DNA of 64,000 nucleotides from assembly GCF_009914755.1 (NCBI RefSeq), contig NC_060925.1. One strand, written 5' to 3'. Below, in pieces: positions 39,231 through 54,221 of this stretch (position 1 is its first letter; each line of letters opens with the position of its first letter). The position numbers and the translations under genes were made by a program. The notes under the pieces are model-generated. The model saw nothing but the letters and a program-made list of their open reading frames with translations. It ran no database searches and was not told the origin of the DNA. The stretch is from the human T2T-CHM13v2.0 reference genome, Homo sapiens.

Positions 39231-41930
39231 TCCACCAGGATGCTCTGGAGCTTGGCATCCTTTTTCCCATTACTGCCCAAGAAACTGTTATTGTTCTAAT
39301 GTTGGCATTGTGGCAATTATAATTAGGATTTGCATGTCAGACACTAACTCATTCATCGTCAATCCTCAGAGTTCTGCTGGACAAAATATGCTCTGTCACT
39401 TCTGAAGAATCCGTAGCCAGCAGGGACTCCTGTCTGGCCAGAGGTAAGAGGACTGCTTAGTGCTGAGCCATGTTCAAACGTGAGAATCTCTTCTCTCTGC
39501 CTCACTGCTGGGCTGTGACCAAAGAGAATCGCAGAGAGGACTTGACTTTCCTACCTTTATGGGAAAGGGAACAGTGGACCCCAGAGCTTCTTAGTGGGGT
39601 TATGGCTCATTTTTAGCAAAAGGGATGTTCCAGGATCAGAACTGGGGAGGCAGAGTGACTTTTGAGATCATCCAAGGGGGCAATAAGAGCAATAGCCAGT
39701 GTTCGTTGAGGCTTTCCCAGATACTGTGATGAGCTCAACAAACATTTCCTCAATTTACCTTCATATTACAGAGAGTTAGATATTGTTATCCTCTCCATTC
39801 CACAGATGAAGACATTGAAGCTTAGAAGGGTTAAGTTGCTTTTCCAAGCTCTGGAAAGTAGTCCACTAGTGAACAGAAAAACAGGGGATTAGAACACAGG
39901 TTCACACGTTTGACTGACCCTGAAATCTGCTCGCTTCGTTAAGACGAGAATATCCAGATGTCACTTTCAGGTAGCCCAAAGACATGCCAGTAGGACGGTT
40001 TTGCTATTTTGCTTAACGCCTTCCCTTCCTCTTTTTTTCTTCCTTTCTTCTTCCTCGCTTCTCTCTGTCTCCATCTATTGTGAGAGATTGGGCACATAGG
40101 CCCAGAGACCACAGATTTAATAAGATGGGGACTGAGTTATCTTGGACTCACAGCCTCATAGGTATAACTGACATGAAAACATAATTTTCTAATAAAGGTC
40201 TAGATGGGTGTAATGGAAAAATAGACAATGAAGTGACAAATACAGGAGCCTTCACAGATGTGCATGACAATGGTAATACGTAATAAAAACAGGCTGGAAA
40301 ATACACTAATTTCACCACTAGGGGTTAAAACTGGCTGTGATAGATTATTAAAAAGTACAACTGTTTGGATAGATTGGAATTGGACACTGCAGAGAACAGC
40401 TACTACCTGGGACCTTCTCCCCCAGAGAAAGAGCGCGTCTTAAGGAGAAGGAAGATGTGGATGATACTGGGTTTAGATCTTGAATAATAGCTTTTCTGTC
40501 CTCTTTTCAAAAAGAGTTAAAAAAAAAGATGTGAATTTCAGGACAGGCATACCTGCATCTTTTAAAGTAAGCTCACCCGTTGTATCATCTTCGCAGCCAG
40601 GTCTCAGACTTCTGGTCAGCTGCAACAAATGAATTCGTTCATCTTCCTTGATTGACTTAAACATGGTGTATTTAAACCATTGAACATGGCGTATTTGCTT
40701 TAATTTGGCAAGTGCAACCTGGAACACAGTGGGATTAATGTCATCTCTTTTTTTTAATCCCCACTCCTGCCATTTGAAATTGGCAAGAATACGCTCACCG
40801 TTTCTTGATGGTGGCAAGGTAGGAGAGTTAGAAATTTGATACTGGGCCTGGAGAGTGCAGTTGTGGGACCATAGAGCGTGACAAATGACACTTGGGGAAA
40901 CATGACCTGGAATTATATGTGTATTGATTATCTTAATTAATGTGCTCATCAACTGGATTGCTTTTCCTATTCCTATAAAGTTTACTATGTAAAGCAAGAA
41001 AAAACAGGACTATTCAGTGCATCTTGAGATTTGGGAGTTAACAGAAAGGCAAGGCTTGGGTGCCATTTTGTGTGGATGGTCAGCCTGTTCTCGGGCAAAC
41101 ATGCTCAGAGTGCCCTGTTTGCAATTTGACATGGTACCAGGCAGCCCTGCTGGAGGAGAAAGGCATGTTTAAGTTTTAATGGAAGTCCTGTAGAGAAGGA
41201 TCATGATCTCATGGTCAGCTTCCACAGGCTGGGTCATTCTCATCAGCAACTACTAAAACAAAACAAAAAGCAACCTTGTTTAAACTCGGCTGATCAACAC
41301 CACAGTTGGTTCTACCATGAGTCAACTCAAAACCCACCCTCTAACTTTTTCAGTGTTATCGCATTTATTCTAAAACAAGAGCTTGGTGGAACATCAATTT
41401 ACAGAGCTGATGCTCAGCACCCTTTTTTCAGGATTCTCCTGCATTTATTCACTCTTCCTCTTTTCTTGGCAATCAAGAAGGTTCCTGGGAAGCGCTACAG
41501 TCTCTCTACCTAGACATCTCTTTGCAGAATCCAAAGACTTTCACAGGCATCATCCCAGTGGACCCTTCCAAGTGGTCCATGTGATTGAATTGAGGTAGAT
41601 GCAGCAATCTATTTCTCAGCTCAGGAAACTGAGGCACAGCAATTTAAGTTGATTTGTCTAAGATTGGTGAGCTGGTTATTGAACCAACTTCCCCTCCCTT
41701 TCTCCACACTAAGATCAGGCCCAGCTGCACAGTGTGGGAAGAGAACTGCCCCATAGCTCATGGCTGGGTGAAGTCTGACCTTCGCTGGGCCACGCCCTCT
41801 TGGGCATGGGCCACTGCATCTTGTAAGGCCTGGATGGAGACACCATCACTTCAAGACTGTGCCCTCATACTCTGAGCCTCCTGTCCAATGAGTGGCCCAC
41901 GATGAAAGGGGAATCCATTTTTACAAATGA

Positions 41931-42335
<405 letters not shown>

Positions 42336-43263
42336 CTAGTGACCTGTCTTCTTAATGCCTGAGCTTAGAGTTTCTCCTCTTCTAGTTTCCCTAACAAGCA
42401 GTTAGGGATCTGTAAACAAGGTCAGGAATTACACCAGGAGAATGTCCTGTTTATTTCAGTGGCCTAGATCTGACAATGGCTCCCCTGTGGAGAATTTTTT
42501 TTTTTTTTGTACTCTATACCATCATAATTTAGGATCTTTTACTCTGGAAAATACACCTGCATGGAGACTAGTGGATGTGTGTATTCTTTGGGTACCGGAG
42601 CCAGGATGTAGCAATCACAATAAATCTGCCTGATTTCTCTCTCTTTTTCACTATCCCTTTAGGGAGATCCCATTAGACCTTTAGAAGCTCTTTTATTCGG
42701 GTCTTTGGGTTAATATGCAACCAAAATATGTTGGTTTGAATTCTCCAGCTAACCCGTTGGTTGTTTAGATGCCTGTGGTCACTTTCGCTGTGGCTGTAAC
42801 TGCCTGGACAGCAAGTGGTCCAGCTTCATGCCCAGATCCTGGACTCAGGTGAATGGAAGTTTATCCACAGATCACAAGCCAGCCAAAAGTATGGCAGAAA
42901 ACTCAGGGAGATGGGAATGGGGCATTTTTTTCTGTGCATCTTAGAGGAATGGAAGGGGAGGTATCAACCCAGTGGTCTCTGCAGTGCAGCAGGTGACCTG
43001 CTGAGGTCCACTGACTCCTAAGTGGCAAGTCCAATGGCTGGGACTCTGATCTCTGTTTCAATTCCAGAGCAACAAGGAACGTTCTTCTGGGCTTTCCCAA
43101 CTTCTGACAGCAAAATAGAAATAATAGACATTGGAACTTCATTTGAAGATCTATTTATAATGGATTCTAGAAAAGTAGAAAGTATTTTTGAGGATCAAAA
43201 TGTGTTGGGGCTTTTGAGTTTTAGGTTTGTATTAGAATGAAATGCATAAGATTATGCACCCTC

Positions 43264-43518
43264 CCGAGGTGGGAGGATTGCTTGAGCCCAGGAGTTCAAG
43301 ATCAGCCTGGCCAGTATAGTGAGACGCTATCTCTACAAAAATCTTAAAAATTAGCTGGCCTTGTTGGCGCACACTTGTGGTCCCAGCTACCTGGGGGGGC
43401 TGAGGCAGGAGGATCAACTTGGGACCAGGAGTTTGAGGTTGCAGTGAGCTATGATTGCATCGCTGCACTCCAGCTTTTGTGATAGAGCAACACCCTGTCT
43501 CAAAAAAAAAAAAAAAAA
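43264..43518 (+). mobile_element. 5'-truncated AluJ
   Basis: GGAGGATTGCTTGAGCCCAGG...A tail. Confidence 0.92.
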
Positions 43519-43643
43519 TTAAGATTTCCCCAAACTACTGGATATTATAGTTATTCATATAGGCATAGATGAAAGTGCTTCTTGTTTTGGTGTGAAGTTC
43601 ATTTTAGTGCTTCCCCTTTGTGGCTTCAATAGTGGAGCTAGTG

Positions 43644-43853
43644 TGGAAGTTGGCAAACTTTTTCTATAAAGGGCCAAATAATAAATAGTTTAGGCTTTGG
43701 GCACCATAAAATATTGATTGCACTTCCTCAAATCTGCTGTTATAATGCAAAAGCAGCCATAGACAACATATAAATAAATGGGCATGGCTGTATTCCAATA
43801 AAACTTTATTTATAAAAACAGGTAGCTCTGAGGTGATCATTTGCCAACCCTTG
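43644..43853. mobile_element. MER58A
   Basis: TIRs GTTGGCAAA / TTTGCCAAC; TAAAGGGCCA, CCAATAAAACTTTATTTA. Confidence 0.88.
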
Positions 43854-44442
43854 GACATGTATTAATCGTTCTCGTTTATTTGTATCTGACCCAGCTCGAC
43901 ACACAGGAGGAGCTTAATAAATGGTGATGAATGAGTGAGCTAGTGAATTAAACATGAGCAATAAAACTACTAGATTATAGTACTAAAGGAGCAAAAATGA
44001 GAAGTTAATTACTAGGGGTGTTGTGGTTAATGGACAGGAGAGGAGACACTTGCTGCCGCTCAGTGGTTTGAGATGGAGTCACTTGTGTTCAGCCTTTATC
44101 ACTGACTTCCCAAGACCCGCGCTCTAACCCCTGAGCTGTAGAGCCCTTGCCTTCATCACTGACTTCAAAAGAACTGAGAAGGGACAAGGAATCATTGGTC
44201 ATGGTGAGATGCAGGGCGGGACACTTGACATCTGAGCCTCAGTTTCATTGTTATGAAATGAGGTCACTTCTATCTTCCAGATAATGCAGCAAATAAATCT
44301 GGGTTCAAGGGAATGAGCGAGGCCTGATTCAGATCCTGGTGATATGATGTAGGTACTGTGGGACATTCCAGCTCTCAGCTTCCTCATCTGGAACATGAGG
44401 CCGATAACACCTCTGTGGTAGAGTGACTGGGCTGGTTTCATG

Positions 44443-44642
44443 CAGGGGTCCTTGACCTCAGCACTGTAGACATTCTAGGCCAGATAATTCTTTGTTGTGG
44501 GGGCGGGGGTCTGTCCTGTGCATTTTAGGACATTTAGCAGCATCTATGCCAATAGCAACCCCATTATGTGACAGTCAACATCATCAGATAATTGCCAAAT
44601 GTCCTTTTGGGGATGAAAGCATTCCCTGCTTGGGATCTGCTG
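44443..44642 (+). mobile_element. MER20
   Basis: CAGATAATTCTTTGTTGTGGGG...TTTAGCAGCATC...TTGCCAAATGTCC. Confidence 0.87.
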
Positions 44643-47155
44643 GTTTAAGGGACTAACATACTGTGCCTGGCATGGAGTTTAGCAGACTTTGGGATCCCTT
44701 AGATAGAACTCTTGGTTATTAATAGTGCGTTGTATTATTGAACTATGAATTCTCTCCCCTTTGACTTACTAATAAAACCACTTTATTTCCTTAGCTGATT
44801 TCTGTCTCCCAAAGACAAGATTGGGTATTTTTTTCCAGAACCCAGGTCTTTCTCCTGAACCTTCTATGTTGCTTAGAAGCCTTGCTCCCAGGATGAGCCG
44901 AACTTCCTATGATGTCCTGTTGAGTGTGCGTCCTAGCCTTTTAATGTATAGGTACTCTAGACTTGCATTCGAGGTTATGGTCAGTATCACAAGTGATTCA
45001 TACAAGAAATCATCCAGATATCTTCACCATGAACCAAAGGGAAGGGTACAGACTGAGAAGCTCAACTCACAGAGGCTGGCAGGCTGAGGCCGGGGATTGT
45101 ACTCTGAGGGAAAACAGATAGTATGCCGCAAACTCCCACCAACAAAATGATCATTTCCCTGGTGAGCAGGCACACAGTATTAACATTAGCCAGGGGCCAG
45201 TTTTCAATAGTTTAAACTTTAATCAAGATGGCTATTCCATACCACAAGTTAACATCTGGATTTCATGTTTCTGCCATCCATATTCCCACTGAATAGTGAT
45301 TCCTAGTGTTTTTAATGAAGAGAGAAAGAAAATTTTGGCTCCTACATTTTAGTAGTCATATTTTTGCTATCTGTTGGAGAAAATACATAAATGCAAAAGA
45401 TTACAATGAATTCAGTAGCTTTGTCAAATGGTTACAGCTTCGGTATTGCATATATTTGAAAACTAATGGTACATACATGCAAGAAAAATAATTCATTGTG
45501 CCCATAGGCAGCAGGTTGGAGATGTGTGGATTTTGGACTTCTCGTCACCTTCTCTGGCCACCCAGAGTCTCTGCGGCCCACAGGTTGGGCCCGGATCAGT
45601 GCAGTGCTGAACAATGTCAGGTGCAGTGAGGTGCTTGACAAGTGCCTTGGAAAACTATGGCCTCTGCCCTGGGACTTTGAGTCTTCTGCCGATTTTAAGG
45701 GATTCCTCTGTTCTTCAAACCCAACTCTGCCTCCCTGTGACACAACTGATTAACCTGTAATTTGGGCCCCTGGCTTTCAGAAAACTCTGCAAAATTTCTG
45801 CAGAGTGACTTCCTGGTATGAATACCAGAAAGCACCAGTTATGGTCAGAATAACAGAACTGGCCCCATGCTAGATTTCCGGGAATACGATGCAATTGGCC
45901 AACTGCCATCACTAACTAGTGTCACCCTGCCTCATCTCCAGCAATGTCCTAAAACCCCTCAAGCATGTGATCCGTCATATCATTTTCTCATTTATGCCAA
46001 CACTGGATAATGGCCTAATCTCTCCAGCAGCATTCAGATTTATTAGAGAAGATGGCATTTACAAAACCATTTCCCTGTTCCTCTGCAAACACCCTAAGCT
46101 GTCTTATAATAAACCACTCTCTTTATAGTAAGCCTTCCTTTTAACAGTGGTTTATTCCCTGCAATTAAAATCACCTGGAAGAGTCCAGAAACTGGTTTTC
46201 ATTTCTCTTCCTTCGTGTTTGGTTCATCTTTGGCTGGAGGGCTCTGCAGGACTTGGGAGTGAACATTAGAGAGAGGCAGAGGCCAAACTTTGCTAAGGAT
46301 GAGAGCTCTGCAGCAGGACATGGTCAGTATGAGGCTGGACCCAGCCTGGGTGACCATCTGCTGGGCCTGCTGGCAAAGCACCTCCCGCGCTGGGTTTAGA
46401 TGTTCAGGAGAAAAATACATGCGCAAAACCAAATGTGATCTGGTTGGGAGGACTTTTCCGTTCATGGTGTTTTGCTTTCAAGATTGACCACTAAAGAAAA
46501 TGACAAGTTTGGCAGCCACGGTATGTTGTCATTTGAATACAACCCAGAGAAACATTGAGAGACAGTAATTTCTAGGACAAGGGCCTCCCGGGTTTTTGTA
46601 TGAAAGATTTGTTTGAACAAACTAAGATGCTGATGCAGGGAAGTTCAGCATCTATAGCACAGGACAGAGATCTCTGGAGTCCATTGCCAAGTGCAAATGC
46701 TGTCTCTTAACACTTCCTAGCTCGGTGAGGCGGGCAAGTTGCTTTACTAAAATAGGCCTTGGTTTCCTCGTAGGGATAATGCTGGTCCTGACCTCCCACG
46801 GCTGTTGTAGGATTCAGGTAGAATGTGTGTGATGTGCAGAGCACAGTACTTGGCACTTGCCAATTCCCCTGTAAATGTCGTTAACAAATGTTCACAAGTC
46901 TCCAGTATCCCTGCAGGCACTGAGGAAGGAAATTGAGTTTATTCTTTGGTTTCTTTGTCAGCTAACATTCATGAAGCACTCTATGATTGACAGAGCACTG
47001 TGATGAGCGCCCAGGATACCCGGACAAGTAAGGTGCCGACCACCTGCTGGAAACCAGAGGAGGGAAGAGCAGCAGAGGAAAGCCCCATTGTGGGATCCAG
47101 AGACCTGGGTTCTAGCCTCGAGCCTGCAACTAAGAGGCTAAAGAAGAGCAGAGTG

Positions 47156-47602
<447 letters not shown>

Positions 47603-49003
47603 TCAGTCAAAATGAGGGCATTTGGCATTTGGTAAGACTTCTCTGAAGTCCCTCCCATTTCTGAATTTCTACAACTTCTGACTATTCATAATATCACCCA
47701 ATCCATCAGTTCCACCTTAAAAAATTTCTTAAAGGACAGGCAGTTCGTCTTGGGGAGTGTGGTCTCACCTGGCTTGAGCAGAGGTGATGTCAGCCTCCCA
47801 ACTCTGCCAGAGACATGCGCAGGAGAGACACTTGAAAGCTGGGGTGGAGAGAAGGTGGCACCAGAGGGAAGTGCCCATGTGGGTTATGGAATGACGCAAT
47901 GCCTATACAATCCAGGAAGGGACACTGAAGACAGCCTCATCTGGTCTTTACTTTGCAGTTGGAGAAACTGAGGCTGGAGAGCGCAAGTGAGTCTGCTGAG
48001 GCTATACAGCACTTTATACCAGAACCTGGGCTAGAACAAGACCTCTGGCCTCTTGGTCCAATTTGTGTTACCCTGACCCCCAAGCTTCCTCATGCGGTGT
48101 CCCAGCTGCTACACAGATCTGTGCCGCAGATCCCAGCAGAACCTTTGTGTGCCATCAACTCATCCTTTCTGTGCCCTCAAATAACTTAAATTCTGAAACA
48201 GACAAGCTGGAAACAGAGGAGTCCTCTGGTATGGAGTTTATGGCTTGGTCTGACTTTCTAGGGAGCATAGAAGAGGGTGATTTAGAAAAAAAAAAAAAGT
48301 ACAAGCCAGATGCCCAAATTAAAACACTATAATTTTCTTGGAGTTTGTGCTCCAAGCAATGTAAATAAAGGTGAGGGCTGGGCCCCTCTGCCCATAAATC
48401 AGCGTCAGCGAAGGCTCATTCCCCTGTTGTGTTTAGATATTTCAGCCCATCACCTATACCTCTTGGCATTTCTGAGATACAAGGGAGAGGGTTCCATTTG
48501 TCATCCTGATTGTTCTCCCTAGGGTTTCTTGGAGCTGCGATCTCAGGGTTGCCTTTTGCATGAAATACGAAGCTCAGCGATAGAACCAGGACATTTCAAT
48601 GCAGGCAGGATACACTTGGGAAGGCTGGGTTTCTGCCCTCGTGGCCTCATTTGCATTCACTCTGCTCCTGACCGTTTGTAATACAGTGGTGGGTGTCCAT
48701 CAAATCGCTATTAACTCCAGCCAGCTCCTAAGGGGCTGTCTATGCTGTCCCTTACAAGTCCAGGGGATGGCATGGCCCATACCTTTGGTCATTCAGTGAG
48801 TGTCATGAGCCACTTCCATTGTTGTTTCTATTTAGTCTCTCAAGGATCCTGCAAGACAGCAACCTTGGTTGTGTGACTCCGTTCCTTTCACTGGATTCAG
48901 ACACCTGGGTTAAACCAGCAGCCCCACCACATCCTAGCATGCCTTCTTGTTGGGTCCCATAACAGATGTTTTGCTATCTATGTTATGCGGCTGTTCTATG
49001 ATA

Positions 49004-49372
49004 CAGGCATATTTCAGAGATATTGCAGGTTCCATTCCAGACTACCACAATAAAGCAAATATCGAAATAAAGTGAGTCACACAAATTTTTTGGTTTCCCA
49101 GTGCGTATGAAACTTATGTTTACACTACATCGTAGCCTATTAAGTGTACAATAGCATTCTGTCTGAAAAGTCTACATACCTTCATTTAAAAATGCTTTAT
49201 TGCTAAAAAATGGTGATACAGAGACACGAAGCCAGAACATGCTTTTGGGAAATTGGCGTTGATAGACTTGCTGCATGAGAGGGGTTACCACAAACCTTTG
49301 ATTTGTAAAAAACAAAAACAAAAACAAAAAAGCCTTGGTATCTACGAAGCGCAGTAAAACAAGGTTTGCCTG
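49004..49372 (-). mobile_element. Tigger1 internal-deletion derivative
   Basis: TA|CAGGCATA...TTTGCCTG|TA: both TIRs and the TA duplication are present. Confidence 0.88.
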
Positions 49373-51015
49373 TAGCTCGTACCTTATGGGGTTTTTATAA
49401 AAATAAAGTGAGTAAATATACGTGAATCCCGGTGATAAGTGCATGGGACATACATGCTAAGGATTCAATAAATATCAGCTATGAATGTGGAACTGTGTAT
49501 TCAAGCTGTCCAGAGTGTCCCATGGAAGACCTGTAGTGCTGAAGAGTGACCTTTCTTGGGAGTGACAACACGACCATTTGAGGAGGAGCTAGTTAAAATT
49601 GGAGTCTTGGTTTTTCAAATAAAAATCCCAAAGCGCAAAGTGTATGAAGCCTTAATGTCCTCATTTATTTTGTGGTTTGATCTATGGGCTTTCCCATTTG
49701 GCAGTGGCAGAAGGGACTTCCCAAGTGCCCACTGCTATCTGCGCTCACCTTAAATATGCCCAACCAGAGTCTTATCTCCGACAGCTCATGCATCACCCTC
49801 CCTGGGAGAGGGAGCCCCGCTGACTTGCTGACAGACCCTCAGTTAATTTCTGGATTCTTTTTTTTCTCAGTTATTTATAGCTCAGCTGCTGATATTTCAA
49901 GCTCTCATTGCTAAGCAAGGAAAGGCTTGAATGCTGCGAGATGGCAGCTGAGTCCGGCGCTTGCTTCACTCTTCATCTAGTTTGTAAGGTGTGTCCCATG
50001 TCCATGGAAACACACTGGGGCATGGCCCCAGCCCCGGCGTGTTCTAGTGATGAGAGTGAGGATTTGACATGAAAAGGCCAAAGTTCTAGACCGTCTTCTG
50101 CCTCGAGCTGGTGACATGACTTTGGACTAATCACTTTGCCATTCAAGTCTCCATTTTCCCATCAGGAAGATGAGAAGAATGGAATAAAGGGATCATAATT
50201 TTATTCTGTACATATTTCTTGGGCACCTGCCCCATGGCTGGCCCCATGCTGGGCTCATGGAGTTCATGAAGCTCCTGGGGCAGGGAGAAGACAATGGCAA
50301 TGATGAAGATAATAAGTGACACTAATATGATGGAGTACCTAGAAGGGACAAGGCATCCTTCTAAAAGCTATATATGTATTTTCGTGTTTAATCCTCACAT
50401 TGTTTTATTAGTAGTCCAATTTTGACAGGTCAGGCAACTGAGGCATAAAGTGATTAAATCATGTGTCTATGATATGACCACACTGTGGGTATAGTTGACA
50501 TTTGAACTCTGGCCCACTGACCCCAAAGCCTATATTTTTAACCAGCATGTGTCACTCTTTTGTCCCAAACCATATAATGACAATACACTGTGACAAGTAC
50601 AGTGATAGTAGTATGTGCAAGGTATGTAAAAGTGTTGACAAGGGACACTTTGCCCAGGCTGAAGGAAAGGTGAGGGGTTCCCTGACAGTTTCCAAAGGAG
50701 CCTTCGCTTGAGTGGAAGTCTGGAAGGGCAAGTAGGTCTTCTTTGGGTCAAGAAGGTGTAGGTGGGTCTTTGGGCAGAATTTGCTGCAGGATACAGACAC
50801 GGCAGGACGACAGCATGGCTTGTTGGAGGAGCAGCCAGTGTTTCGGTTTGGCTCAAGATCTGGGTGGGATGGGAGAATTAATGGGGCATTGAGATGAGAG
50901 TAAATGAGATTGAGAATGCAGGGGTGGAAGACAGATTTAGAAGGTTCTGATAAACTAAGAAAAGGAATCCAGTTTTACTCCATGCACAATGAAAAAGGAA
51001 TTTAATCATTCTTGG

Positions 51016-51311
51016 TTTTTTTTTTTTTAAGACAAAATTTTACTCTCTTGCCTGGGCTCAAGTGCAGTGATGCAATCATAGCTCACTGCAGCCTCAAACT
51101 CCTGGGCTCAAACAATCCTCCCACCTCAGCCTCCTAAGTAGCTAGATCTACAGGTGGGTGCCAACACACCTGGCTAATTTTTTAAATTTTTTTGTAAAGA
51201 CAGGGTCTCGCCATGGTGTCCAGGTTGGTCTCTGAACTCCTGGCCTCAAGCAATCCTCCCACCTCAGCCCCCAAAGCACTGGGATTGCAGTTGTGTGCCA
51301 CTGTGCCAGGC
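51016..51311 (-). mobile_element. AluJ
   Basis: Diverged dimer; TSD ATT(T/G)AATCATTCTT. Confidence 0.93.
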
Positions 51312-51325
51312 ATTGAATCATTCTT

Positions 51326-51795
51326 TTGTTATTGTAGTGAAATACACATAACGGAAAATTTGCCATTTAAATCATTTTAAAATGTGCAATTCACTGGCGT
51401 TAAAAGTACTTTCACGATGTTTTGCAACCCGTGCCACTATCTAGTTCCAGAACCTTTTAACCACCCCACACGGAAACCCTGTACCCATTAAGCAGTCACT
51501 TCCCATTCTTCCTGCCTCCAGCTCCTGGCAACCACAAATCTGCTTTCTGTATCTGTGGATTTGTTCATACTGGACATTTTATATAAATAGAATCATGCAA
51601 CATGTGACCTTTTGTGACTGTCTTCTTTCACTTAGCATGATGATTTTAAGACTCATCCATGTTGTAGCGTGTATCAGCACTTCATTCCTCTTTACGACCG
51701 TATAACATTCCAGTGTGTGGCTATACCACATGATATCCATTCATTTATTGATGGGCACGTGAGTTGTTTCTGCCTTTTTGGATGTTGTGAATAGT
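51326..51795 (-). mobile_element. L1MB-type 3'-end fragment
   Basis: CCCATTAAGCAGTCACT, CTGGACATTTTATATAAAT, CTTTCACTTAGCAT; flanked by direct repeats. Confidence 0.88.
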
Positions 51796-53388
51796 GGCAT
51801 TGAATCACTTTAAGTTCAGTTTTAGCCTCTTCTCAGCTCCCCAGGTCAATGCACATGAGCCTTGCCCCTGCTAGGTTAACAGTTACCCATCTGTACAATA
51901 GTAAGTACAGTTACCCATCTGTACAATGGTAGGATCTATGTATATATGCGTATTTTACACGTGTATGTATAGTCTCTACAAAAGTATACCATCTGCTTCT
52001 CCCTAAATTGTAAGCACAAGAGAAAAATTAGATAATTTTGAAATTGTTTGAGACAATTCTATTTAAAACTAAAGAGCAGCTTTCCTCAAGTGTTAAATGC
52101 AGCTGATAAGATCACCCATTTCTGAAAGTTGTTGAGAGTATTCAATGCGTTCATTCACACAAGGCTCAGCAATGCCTAGCACATCAGAAACACCCAGAGA
52201 AACTGCTTGTGATCATTCCTATAATTATCACCGTTGTTATTATTGATGCAACCTCCACTTTGCCACATCTTCTCTGGGTGGCAAGAAGCTGGAATAGGTT
52301 TCCAAGATTCCAGGGCTCGGCCAGGTCATTAGGGAGCCCTGTTGGATAGATTTGGGGCACATGTTGTCCAGAGGAGATTTGTGACAGGGTAACCATGGAA
52401 ACTTTCCTCTTCTTTCTGCTGCTTCTTTCTGAAAATACCAAGAAGTTTGTAGGGTGGCAGAGCCAGCTGGAATACCACAGTGGGCAAGAGGCCTTCTCAA
52501 GTAACAGTCATGAGCTCAACTCCGAGCCCTGCCACTACTATAATAGCTGTGAGTGACCTTGAGTGAAGTGCCTCATCTCATTCAGCCCCAGTTTTAGCAT
52601 CTTTAAAATGGAAATAATAGAAGCATCTGCATTTTAGGGTTGTTGTGAGGATCCTCAGAGGTGACGCCTTGGAAATCTCCCAGCGGAGCCTCTTGTACAA
52701 CCTAATTTCCATGAAAGTGTCCCCATCATCATCTTCAGTGTGCCCATTTGTTGGGATAGATGGTCCTCATCATCTCTGCTTGTCCTGGAAACTGGAGCTG
52801 TCACATCAGCCTCCCCATGTAGGAACTTGCTGGCTGGCCACAGAGCAGATAGGCAGCTCCAAGGAGGGGACATTTTCCTGGAGCTTCTACTTCCCAGGGG
52901 AGCTGCCAAGTGAAAAGACAGTTGCTGGAATGGAGGCCAAATCCTTCATGTGCTGGTCCACCAGGACTGGAGCAGGGCCACCCAAGGCATTTGTTATCTG
53001 CTAATGAGGCTAATCAATGGCTGGAGGGTGGAAAGAGTGGGGCTTACTGCTCAGCAGCCAGAGTCATGCCAGGCTTTTCCAGACAACTGTGCTGCAAGTG
53101 TATTATTTTCTCACAAATGGATGTGGCATTTTACAAGTAGGTCTCTGTCACTTCTGAATGCAGAAAGTATGTGTGTTTAATCCACATGCTCGTTTAAGAA
53201 AAGCTCTGACTCTACTAATTCTGCTGTGCCTTTTAATGAATCTCTATTCTGCTAGACTCTGGGCTATAAGGAACCATAGAGACAGGTCTCCTCAGAGCCC
53301 CCAGGCTACCTCTTAGGACCACACTAACTCCCCAAGGTCACTTTGCTTTGGGGAACAAGACAGAAGACAAGAAAATAGCAAGCATGGG

Positions 53389-53732
53389 TGATATGGTTTG
53401 GCTGTGCCCCACCCAAATCTCACCTTGAATTGTAATAATCCCCATGTGTCAAGGGTGGGGCCAGGTGGAGATAATTGAATCATGGGGGTGGTTTCCCTGT
53501 GGTAGTGAATAAGTCTCACAAGATCTGATGGTTTTATAAAGGGGAATTCCCCTGCACAAACTCTGTTGTTTGCCGCCATGTAAGATGTGACTTTGCGCCT
53601 CCTTGCCTTCTGCCATGACTGTGAGGCCCCCCCTCAACCATGTGGAACTGTGAGTCCATTAAACCTCTTTCCTTTAAAAATTACTCAGTCTCAGATATGT
53701 CTTTATTAGCAACGTGAGAACAGACTAATACA
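53389..53732 (+). mobile_element. THE1 (THE1B-like) solo LTR
   Basis: TGATATGG...CTAATACA; perfect TSD ATGGG. Confidence 0.93.
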
Positions 53733-54221
53733 ATGGGAAAGTTGCAAACCCTAAGAAACCTTACAAAGCCTGTACTTCCGGCTTGAACAGGGCATAAAGT
53801 ATAAGAGCCCTGGGACCAGGCTGTTCTAACTTGCACATTGCAGACAGTCAGCTACTGAGGCAGCATCTCCTCTTCCCAACACTAGTTGAAGAGGCCATTT
53901 TAGAAGAAAATTACACAGATTCATTTCCTCCTTTACCTTGTGAGCTGCTTGAAGTCAGATGTGCTCTGACTTCTTTTAAGACACAGTGAACATATAGTAA
54001 ATTGTAAATGTTGACCGATCCAAAGTCCCTGAAATCAGCCCATGGAGACTCCATTCTGGAAGAGGAGAGTGCATTGATCAATTCTAATTGGAAAGTATGG
54101 GTTTGCTTAATATTAGGCCTTCATGGGAGTTTGGAAAAAATACAACAGACAGTGATAAATAATATTATGTTTAGTGAAATAAGGTATCTTTGAGATTTCT
54201 TGTGTTTTTTGAAAATATTAA

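Noticed and set aside
40473-40997. 174-aa minus-strand ORF in unique DNA
   Set aside because: Non-ATG start, no recognisable homology or domain; compatible with chance in 64 kb. A PhyloCSF or tBLASTn check would settle it.
46350-46364. CTCF-like motif CCAGCAGATGGTCAC (minus strand)
   Set aside because: Mismatch in the GGC core; not supportable without ChIP data.
46984-46993. Second TGATTGACAG decamer
   Set aside because: Lies in a probable L2 remnant without a supporting motif cluster.
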